Virus record (IMG/VR): IMGVR_UViG_3300037247_000790
Span: 1-61,675 of that record
Length of the DNA stretch: 61,675 nt
DNA from: a virus
Taxonomy: Duplodnaviria; Caudoviricetes
Direction: 5' to 3' (one strand)
The notes under the pieces are model-generated. The model was not told where the DNA came from and did not search any database. It was given only the letters and a program-made list of their open reading frames with translations. The translations under genes and the position numbers were made by a program. Numbering within the stretch: position 1 is the first letter of the stretch; each line of letters opens with the position of its first letter. Shown piece by piece: positions 54,145-61,675 of this stretch.

Positions 54145-57100
54145 TTATTCGATCCAGTTTAGTGTGAGAACGGCGGCTGGAGCAGCTACGTTTGCTACAT
54201 CGCAAATGATGCATTCCTCACCTGTAAGCCCCACGCCTACAAGTTGCATTCTACTTCCCGATATACGTGCAAATACTCGAATCTCTCCGGAGCCAGGAAA
54301 GACGGGCGGAGACATGTCCTCCATTTGAATATAGCCCTGAATGAGATCCAGATTATCTCCTGCTGGTAGGGCCAACACATTCTCAGCAGAGCGGTAAAGC
54401 TGAACATCCGTGCCGATCAGGAGACCTGCATTGGCGCCCGTTGTGGGAAGTTTGAGCTGTCCCGTTGTCTCGTTTAGCTCGAGTTTTGAGCTGCTACCCA
54501 GGAAGACACTTCCTCTGGTAGCGTGGGCTGTACTCTGGAGGGTAAGGTCTTCTCCTGAAGCTGTACCACCAATGAGAGTCTGACCACCTGAACGTCCTGC
54601 TAACAGGGCATAGACTGAATGATCATCATCACCCAATCCAGCGATGCTGCCGTGATCCAATGCCGCCTCCAGATTTGCAAAAGTGATCTTTCCAGAACCA
54701 CTGTCGGTAACGTCCACCATTGCGAGGAAATCATCGGCAGCGATCGAGGTCTCAGTAGTCAACTCGTTGAGGTCAACCGTAAACGTCCGGTTGGCACTGA
54801 TGTCGCCTCCGCCAGATAATCCTACCCCAGCGGTGAGAGTTACAGAGGTGTGATCGATGTGCTCGTTGCCAACAAAATCTGAGAACCCATCGTGAAAAGC
54901 TCCGCCAGCATAGGCAATTTCTCTGTCATTGTCTGCGTCATCAGTGAAGTACAACTCATTTGGTGTGGCCGTGTTGACCCATAGCTGTCCAGATCCCGCC
55001 ACATTGCCATCTGCCTCAGCTTGCTCTTTGAGAAAGATGACTCCTCCGTTGTCGATGTTGCTCCCGTCCATGTTCAGGTCGCCGGTCATTGCGCGGGAAC
55101 CAGCTACTAACAGATACTGAGTGTGGTCATCATCTGCAAGACCGGCAAGGTTTCCGTGATCAGTGACACCTAGAACGGAGAAGGGAGTATCGAAGGCACT
55201 AAGTATCTCCCCTGCTGTGCCCGCCGACTTCTGGAAAATGAAGCGTGCTGCCAAAATGGCATGTACCTGTAGGCGATTGGGCAGGGTATTGGGAGTAGCT
55301 TCCTCACCAGCTTTAGCGGCACTAGTATACTGGTTAGTCCCGTAGACCATGACTAGCTCGCCGTCTAGCTCGATGTACCACCAGAGGTTCGCCCACCTGT
55401 TGTTGTCCATGTCCTGTAGGGTGGAGTCGCCATCGTCGTACTGCTCATTAGGCCACGCCGCAACCCCTGTTGCCTTTCGGCCATCAGCCGAATAAGTGTC
55501 GAAGGTGTCCGCTGCACCCCCTGGATCGGTATCAATAGCACTGACGACAAAGGGGGTGAGCCCTCGCCAGAGTTGGCCCGCAGTCACGACTACGTTTCGC
55601 GTGCCGGTCTCAGAGAAAATCAAACCGCCAACTTCCTTGTCACGGGCAATGGGCATCGTCCCTCGCAGCCGTTGAATCATAAAGTCAGCATGGTCGCCAA
55701 TCTCCCACGGAGTGTTCTGGACGTGCAACGTTCCAGACTCATTTACCACCGTACCTAACGGGAAGTCGGTGTTGAAGTTGAAGTTATTCGTCTCGCGAAC
55801 GACAATGGCTGGGGGCGTCCCATCCTCAACTCCGATGTAGCGAATGCTATTGGCGGTGATGGCCAGTCCATTCGACGCTGCCCAGTCGCCAAAGCGAAGC
55901 TGCGCCGTTGGGCCGTCCGATGCACGAAACGCTCCTGTACCGGAGGTCACATTAATCGTCGCACTGCCCGCATCGGAGATGGTGCCGCCAGAGAACCATC
56001 CCGCTGAGTGGAAAAGAGTGTTCATATGCTGGAGGTGGGTGAAGGTGGGACTACCTATAAGGGGTAATTGCACATCATTCGCATCCAAATACGCGCTGTT
56101 GAGCAAGTCCAACTTGGTAGCGTTTAGACGGGCGTATTCGGTAGAGCCGATAACCCACGAGAAGTAATTGGATGACCGATTGTACTCGAAATAATCGTTG
56201 GCAGCGAAGGTGATTCGAGGGTTGGATGAGACGAGGGCCAACGCATAATTAGCATCGTTGACCTCAAAGGTTGTTCCGGAAACGATTTGTACGGAACCCT
56301 TTGTTGCATCTGATGTGGACTCCAGAGTTAGGTCGTCTCCTGATCCTGTGCCCCCGATAAGGGCCTGTCCACCCGAACGACCGGCTAGGAGGGCATAGAT
56401 GGAGTGGTCATCGTCTGATAGTCCACTTAGTAGGCCGTGATCTCCACCTGTGCCCGCTGCTGCTGCACCGCCGACGTTGGTATCCCAATCCCGATAGCTA
56501 TTCAGAATTAGCACATCATCTGAGGTATCTACCAGAATTGCTGTACCCGATCCAGGACCTCGTAGGGCGTTTCCGACAATGGCAACATTCTCCGTCACTC
56601 CACCTTGGTCGGTAATTTGAACCACAACTGCCCCACCAGTAGAACAATAGATGAAGTTGTCCGCAATGACTGCATCACGAACGTTATTGGAGCCTGAAGT
56701 GCCTAGGTTAATAAGGTCTGCGGCAGCAGTGAAGTCCTCAACCACGTTGTTGGCAAAGATGAATCGTCCGGTTGTATTGTCAAATGTTCGTTGCCACGCA
56801 TATCCGGTGATCTTATGAAATACGGTATCCGTGATTAGAATATTTATGCCAATGTCTGGCGCAGTTGAGGTATTCCGATTTTGAATTGTGTCAATGGATG
56901 CAAACTCAGAGCCATGGATGATGGTATCGCCTAACGTAGCAGCATTCCCACGAGTTTTAATGAGATCATCAATCTTGGTGCGACCCTTGCAACGAATCAG
57001 CTTGAAATTGCGAACGGTGGCACTGCTTGCGTTCGTAAATACATCTAAGAGAATGCTCCAAGCAGACGCGCTACCGTCAAATTCAACGTCAATGAGTTCT

Positions 57101-57696
57101 AGGTTTGGAAGCCGATACCCGCCTCCACCTTCAAGCCACGCGCCGACATCTGTACTCGGACGGGTGAAACTCATGCCTTGGAAGCGGAGAAGAGAACCAC
57201 TTCCAGCACTGCTGCCTGGGTTATGCGAGATAAGGGGATCGGTATCTAGACTAGTTCCAACTGTGAATACCGGACGGGGGCCTCCAGCAGACAACACAAC
57301 AATTCGTTGATCTGTTCCCAGTGCACTTAGATCATGCGAGGCTTGGATCGTCTCAATATGCGTGGAGCAAATCCAAATGATCTGATTCTCGCCCGTTGCG
57401 ATCGCTCTCTCAAGGGCGCCGCTTCCACCAAAGAGCGTGAGATCACTTCCGGTTCCATCAGATGCCACTACCATATCTACGTTGGCGAAGGTTCCGCCAA
57501 TTACTGGGTGATCAACAAGATGTTCTGGCCACTTGTCGCCGTCCCAGTCGCCAGGCTCTCCTGGGGAAGATAGAAGGGGGGTAGATCCAGTGGGGTGCCC
57601 GTGGTAGTCCTTACCTCCTCCTCTGACCGCATCAAGAAGAGACATAGGCATAAAGGCGTGACCGTGATAGTCAACAGTTTCTTTGTCTTCAGCCAT
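54145..57696 (-). CDS. Tail fibre/spike with beta-helix-like region and internal repeats
   Basis: ~1180 aa; N/D/I-rich beta-helix pattern; repeated DHG.L.GL.DDDH; start MAEDK at 57696. Confidence 0.7.
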   Translation of the reverse strand: MAEDKETVDYHGHAFMPMSLLDAVRGGGKDYHGHPTGSTPLLSSPGEPGDWDGDKWPEHLVDHPVIGGTFANVDMVVASDGTGSDLTLFGGSGALERAIATGENQIIWICSTHIETIQASHDLSALGTDQRIVVLSAGGPRPVFTVGTSLDTDPLISHNPGSSAGSGSLLRFQGMSFTRPSTDVGAWLEGGGGYRLPNLELIDVEFDGSASAWSILLDVFTNASSATVRNFKLIRCKGRTKIDDLIKTRGNAATLGDTIIHGSEFASIDTIQNRNTSTAPDIGINILITDTVFHKITGYAWQRTFDNTTGRFIFANNVVEDFTAAADLINLGTSGSNNVRDAVIADNFIYCSTGGAVVVQITDQGGVTENVAIVGNALRGPGSGTAILVDTSDDVLILNSYRDWDTNVGGAAAAGTGGDHGLLSGLSDDDHSIYALLAGRSGGQALIGGTGSGDDLTLESTSDATKGSVQIVSGTTFEVNDANYALALVSSNPRITFAANDYFEYNRSSNYFSWVIGSTEYARLNATKLDLLNSAYLDANDVQLPLIGSPTFTHLQHMNTLFHSAGWFSGGTISDAGSATINVTSGTGAFRASDGPTAQLRFGDWAASNGLAITANSIRYIGVEDGTPPAIVVRETNNFNFNTDFPLGTVVNESGTLHVQNTPWEIGDHADFMIQRLRGTMPIARDKEVGGLIFSETGTRNVVVTAGQLWRGLTPFVVSAIDTDPGGAADTFDTYSADGRKATGVAAWPNEQYDDGDSTLQDMDNNRWANLWWYIELDGELVMVYGTNQYTSAAKAGEEATPNTLPNRLQVHAILAARFIFQKSAGTAGEILSAFDTPFSVLGVTDHGNLAGLADDDHTQYLLVAGSRAMTGDLNMDGSNIDNGGVIFLKEQAEADGNVAGSGQLWVNTATPNELYFTDDADNDREIAYAGGAFHDGFSDFVGNEHIDHTSVTLTAGVGLSGGGDISANRTFTVDLNELTTETSIAADDFLAMVDVTDSGSGKITFANLEAALDHGSIAGLGDDDHSVYALLAGRSGGQTLIGGTASGEDLTLQSTAHATRGSVFLGSSSKLELNETTGQLKLPTTGANAGLLIGTDVQLYRSAENVLALPAGDNLDLIQGYIQMEDMSPPVFPGSGEIRVFARISGSRMQLVGVGLTGEECIICDVANVAAPAAVLTLNWIE

Positions 57697-57697
57697 G

Positions 57698-59866
57698 CTA
57701 ACCTCTGGGAATGGCAGGAATGCCGCGTTCGACGGACGACTCGATCGAAGAGCCTTCAACGATCTCGAAGTCTGCGTCCACGGCAGTAAATGTTGGCCTA
57801 CGGGCTGTGGTATCCAGTGTCATTGTATAGCCAATCGTCCACTGGAATTCAGTGCCACCACCCGTGTCCTCTGGGATCTCTATGACGGCAGGCATTCGAT
57901 TGCCCATTGCCTTCCGTGACCATCGTTCGGTGGGCGAATATCTCCAGTAGAAGAAGGAGTTGCTAACACCATCGAAATTCCGTCCGAAGACACGAATTTG
58001 CCTTAGCCTTGTAGTCCGTCCCTTGGAGGGAGTGATGAACGGCATTTCGGCCAGCCCTGCTGGACTAATGAATGGCCAGCCTTGAGCTAGTCCACCTTCG
58101 AAGAGGAAGACAGCTCGCCGTCCGATCGCCACGATCTTGTTGTCAGAGTTACCGTATGAGCCTCCAGGCTGTGCCGTGATGAGGAGGCTGATGTCATCCA
58201 CATCTGTTTGCGCTGTCATAATTGCGCCCAGATCATGCCAGACTGAGCCACCATTCTGCATCTGGCCCCCAAGCAGGAGATGAGCGAAGCATCCTGCGCG
58301 ATCCATACCGTCTTCGGGAAAGTTTGTCGTATCGATTGACGGACGCCAAGGAAGTAGGTGAACCTGAGCAATTTCGACGTTTGCGTCTAAGGCAGCGGAA
58401 ACCAAGAACCTCATGTAGAAGCATGACTGCGTATCCGCACTGCCCCCAGAGGTGATATTGCTCATCGTATCCTCTGTCCACGTCAGGGCAGCAACGGGAT
58501 CTTGGGTCATCATAATCATGTGCGTCTGGCCCAGCGTCGCAGCGGATACATCTGTAAAATCTCTGATTGTGACAGACACCCAGGCGGAACCATTCCAGAC
58601 CTCAGCAGATAACGTAGCCGAGTTGCCATTGGGCGCAGTTACTACTAGAAGCACCCCCTGAAAAGGTCTCGGATGGCCAATGTAAAAGTAGTCTCCATTC
58701 GCTCCCGTGTCTTGTGAATCTAGTACTGCTACGGTAGCATACGATCCATCTCCCATGTTGGAGGTGTAATCGGTAAAGTTAGCTTCATTATCTGTAGTGC
58801 GGAAGAACCGTGTGCCCAGCACGTCTGCTCCGTTGTCATCTGCACCGCCACGATGAGTAATCTTTGAGTTGAAGTTGACTCCTCGCGTGCGAAGGGCGAA
58901 GGTAAGCGAGCCAGGGCCACCGTGGAAGGATCGTGCGGCAGTCGTGATGCCCATGATTCCATATGGAGTCGATGCCATTGCCGCAAAGGATTGCTGGGTC
59001 GTATCCAGATCAGGTAGGGCTTGAGCGTCCCACGGGCTGAAGTCTCGGATATTGAACCCATCAAACATGATCGCACCACCCCGTCCGGCTGCGATGATCA
59101 GCGTGTTGCCAATGGAAAACGCTACCCGTCCATTATCAGGATGAGGCATCATCTCCCATGCCATCATTCGATTCTCCCAAAGGTCTCGATTTCGGTTGTA
59201 AACGAAAATGCCTTCAGGCTTCATAACGATAGGAATACCACGAATACCATGTATGCTGTTGATCGGGGTCTGTGGCCAGCCAACCGTGGTTACAGATGAC
59301 CAATTTGCTGCCACGAAGGGATCGGCACCTGGGAGAGTGAAGGCAACTCCTGACCACGTACCCCCTGATTGGGAAACCGAGCCGTACAGGAATCCGCTAA
59401 TAGACGCAAGTTTGTCTCGTACGAGAGTTCCGGCGGCGGTTGTGACGGAGTTGGCAAGATTCATGCGTTGGATATTATTCGATGCCCCTTCCCCAACGTA
59501 TAGGTAAGGTATGCCGGACCCATCATCATGTAGTGCTGCGCCGCTTGCATTTGCGGCTAGTGCGGGTGATCCAATGCGTACTTGAGCCCCATTCTTAATC
59601 TGAATGATCTCTCGTCCAGCTATGTAATAGATGCAAGGCGTGACCTGATCCGAATCAACCCATTCGGTTGCATAGGAAGGCGCACGATCTAACGTAGTGG
59701 GGGCGGCGATCCTCGTAATGAAGTCGCCAAAGCGCATCTCGGAGGGGACTGTGAGATCGAATCCGCGAAGGACACGGTTATACCGATGGGGTCGGCTTCC
59801 TAGCCTCCCGTCGCCAAACCCCAGATGTCCCGATTCGAATAGAGGTAACGCAAATACGTCGCCCAT
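57698..59866 (-). CDS. Tail nozzle/stabilisation-type protein
   Basis: 722 aa, beta-rich; follows adaptor-like gene; podovirus order. Confidence 0.55.
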   Translation of the reverse strand: MGDVFALPLFESGHLGFGDGRLGSRPHRYNRVLRGFDLTVPSEMRFGDFITRIAAPTTLDRAPSYATEWVDSDQVTPCIYYIAGREIIQIKNGAQVRIGSPALAANASGAALHDDGSGIPYLYVGEGASNNIQRMNLANSVTTAAGTLVRDKLASISGFLYGSVSQSGGTWSGVAFTLPGADPFVAANWSSVTTVGWPQTPINSIHGIRGIPIVMKPEGIFVYNRNRDLWENRMMAWEMMPHPDNGRVAFSIGNTLIIAAGRGGAIMFDGFNIRDFSPWDAQALPDLDTTQQSFAAMASTPYGIMGITTAARSFHGGPGSLTFALRTRGVNFNSKITHRGGADDNGADVLGTRFFRTTDNEANFTDYTSNMGDGSYATVAVLDSQDTGANGDYFYIGHPRPFQGVLLVVTAPNGNSATLSAEVWNGSAWVSVTIRDFTDVSAATLGQTHMIMMTQDPVAALTWTEDTMSNITSGGSADTQSCFYMRFLVSAALDANVEIAQVHLLPWRPSIDTTNFPEDGMDRAGCFAHLLLGGQMQNGGSVWHDLGAIMTAQTDVDDISLLITAQPGGSYGNSDNKIVAIGRRAVFLFEGGLAQGWPFISPAGLAEMPFITPSKGRTTRLRQIRVFGRNFDGVSNSFFYWRYSPTERWSRKAMGNRMPAVIEIPEDTGGGTEFQWTIGYTMTLDTTARRPTFTAVDADFEIVEGSSIESSVERGIPAIPRG

Positions 59867-61185
59867 TAGAGCCTTAACTGGTGTATGTGAATTGTCCGCT
59901 CGCGTTCCTGCTGTGGCTTCGCTTCTGGGCCAAACTCACGCTCGTATCTTCGAAGGTATTCCTCAGCAATGGCCATGCTTCGCTGCCAGAATTCAGCCTC
60001 TTCTGGTTGCTTTTGTAAGTACTGTTCCGCAAGGAGCTTGACCGTACCTGCGGCAACGTAGTCCAGAGGACATTCAGTTATGGCAGCATCTCCGGTCGTG
60101 CGGTTAGCAACTGACAGATACGCCGTAGACAGCGCATCGTAGTAGATCCGCTCCTCAAAGAAGTAGGGCCAATGCACCATCGGATGATCGTGGTCAAACT
60201 CGGCTACGACGGCATTACGGACTTGTCGCATATCAACAGAAGCGACTTCAACCGTCCGCTCGACGCCAAGGTGAACTGAGCCACCGACCCTTGTGTGCGT
60301 TTCCAAGTAGTGGACTCCGCCTACATGCTTGCGGGAGACGATTCTTGCGGGTAACTGCAGTCTATAGTTACTATCCCAGTGGAAGTTAACCGGCCCCCAC
60401 TCTATGGTTGCGTTGGACTCCTGCCCGATCAACCGAATGGTGATCTCTCCGCAGCCAGAAGGTACCTGCCCCGTCACCTCAAAGGCCGTCCAGCCTCTGA
60501 GAGTTGTTGTTAAGTCCGTGCCCGATAATTCGATGTTGGCCCCGTTGGTAATGTCACGCACCAAGATTTGCGCCGTCCCGACTCGGACACTCACGGGCAC
60601 GAACAGGTAGAAATGCTCCGAAGGACGGACGTACATGGATGCGGACTCGATATATTCATTAGCAACAGTGTTGGTACCAAGGATCGCATTCCGCCAGTGT
60701 TCATATGGGAAGCTAAGCGTCTGGATCGCAATTGTAATATTCCCGCTAGACGCCTGCCAGTTGTCGGCTCCTACAGCATCTTCAAAGTCTGCATTGGGAA
60801 CCCACGATAGAGGCTGGAATGCCCAGGTCGAACACAGCCGCGTGAGAGCCCCGTCACGGGCTCTATCTACGTCATCGGGGTCGATACCCTTCCGCCAGAT
60901 TTCGTACGTGTCAGCGGACGCCACCGCACTGGAGAAGTCAGATGTGACATACAGTTGCCCATTGTCCATGTCCAAGTAATCGACCTTACGTTGTTCATCC
61001 TCTGGCGCACCGGAGCCACTGGTGATTCGAACGTAGCATCCGTCAAAGGCTGTAGCAGCCCATGCAGTACCCTGCAGTCGGAGGGTATCCGTAATGTAGG
61101 ACGCAGCACCGCCTGTGGCCGCTCCGAGCAATCGAATGAGGCCCCATTTCTCCAACTCTTCTCGAATCTGTTGGCCATTCGCCAT
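59866..61185 (-). CDS. Tail adaptor/tubular protein candidate
   Basis: Helical ends with central beta insert; position. Confidence 0.5.
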   Translation of the reverse strand: MANGQQIREELEKWGLIRLLGAATGGAASYITDTLRLQGTAWAATAFDGCYVRITSGSGAPEDEQRKVDYLDMDNGQLYVTSDFSSAVASADTYEIWRKGIDPDDVDRARDGALTRLCSTWAFQPLSWVPNADFEDAVGADNWQASSGNITIAIQTLSFPYEHWRNAILGTNTVANEYIESASMYVRPSEHFYLFVPVSVRVGTAQILVRDITNGANIELSGTDLTTTLRGWTAFEVTGQVPSGCGEITIRLIGQESNATIEWGPVNFHWDSNYRLQLPARIVSRKHVGGVHYLETHTRVGGSVHLGVERTVEVASVDMRQVRNAVVAEFDHDHPMVHWPYFFEERIYYDALSTAYLSVANRTTGDAAITECPLDYVAAGTVKLLAEQYLQKQPEEAEFWQRSMAIAEEYLRRYEREFGPEAKPQQERERTIHIHQLRL

Positions 61186-61675
61186 TTAGATTTTGATTAC
61201 CTCTTCAATTGGAAGGTCTTCGATAGAAACCTGCGGGCCAACGGACTGGGAGCAGCGGAATTCTTCAACCTCATCTGGGCCAATGTGGATGAGGGAGGAG
61301 TCAGCGATCTTCAGCCAAGCAGCACAATACTGTGACAGATTATGATCCTCTCTGAGAAACGGAAGGGTATCCCAGACATGTTGGAACTGCTCCACACTCC
61401 ACGGATAGGCTACGGGCGCCCAGTCAAGATTCTCCAGCACCAGTGTCTCCAGCAGGAATCCATAGTTGAACAGCGTGTCCACCCTTCGCTCATTCGGAGT
61501 ACCCCCGCCGAAGGCCACCTTCTCGTTCGAGATCGACACTTCAAGTGTATTCCGCATGCAGACGATCGTGAAGTCAGGCCTCTTCCCGCCAGCCATTAGC
61601 CATAGAGCTAACCATCTACTCATTGTGGGATTCTTAACAACTTCCGGTAGTCCCTCGGAGACCTGTGCTACACTC
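61186..61675 (-). CDS. Sulfotransferase-family protein, C-terminal part
   Basis: Continuation of the 429-1 ORF; IVCMRNTLEVSIS, VAYP. Confidence 0.7.
   Translation of the reverse strand, partial: SVAQVSEGLPEVVKNPTMSRWLALWLMAGGKRPDFTIVCMRNTLEVSISNEKVAFGGGTPNERRVDTLFNYGFLLETLVLENLDWAPVAYPWSVEQFQHVWDTLPFLREDHNLSQYCAAWLKIADSSLIHIGPDEVEEFRCSQSVGPQVSIEDLPIEEVIKI
61546..61675. repeat. Terminal direct repeat, copy 2
   Basis: Matches 1-130. Confidence 0.95.

Noticed and set aside
54145-57696. Diversity-generating retroelement acting on the tail fibre
   Set aside because: No reverse transcriptase; the repeat copies are both in-frame coding and differ at many non-adenine positions
61546-61675. 130-bp terminal repeat as biological direct terminal repeats
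   Set aside because: It falls in the middle of a continuous ORF, which fits an assembler circular overlap
1-61675. Temperate lifestyle or a specific host assignment
   Set aside because: No integrase, repressor or ParA was recognised; the amidase and sigma70 promoters only indicate a peptidoglycan-containing bacterium

Overview
The window is an apparently complete, circularly assembled ~61.5-kb tailed dsDNA phage genome. Bases 1-130 recur at 61546-61675 with one mismatch, and one ORF reads through the join. The gene order is podovirus-like, in two arms diverging from a control region at ~28.0-28.6 kb. The minus-strand arm (28.0 kb to 1, continuing 61.5 kb to 51.15 kb) holds TerS/TerL, portal, putative ejection proteins, a 1709-aa polyvalent protein, scaffold, major capsid, a glycosyltransferase, four tandem paralogues plus a second paralogue pair, a sulfotransferase-like gene spanning the join, tail proteins and small membrane proteins. 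The plus-strand arm (28.6-51.2 kb) holds small early genes, family-4 UDG, two DNA methyltransferases, a family-A DNA polymerase in two reading frames, DinG-like helicase, Cas4-like nuclease, Sak4-like ATPase, ERCC4 nuclease, RNase H-like exonuclease, an amidase and nucleotide-metabolism genes. I recognised no integrase, RNA polymerase, primase/DnaB, tRNA or CRISPR array. The most notable items are a candidate virion decoration and glycosylation/sulfation module, a 60-bp-armed inverted repeat resembling a replication origin, a family of 18-bp-spacer promoters carrying a palindromic operator, the split PolA with a zinc-ribbon thumb insert, and an ADP-ribosyltransferase-like domain in the large virion protein. 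All functional calls come from motif recognition by eye; no searches were run.
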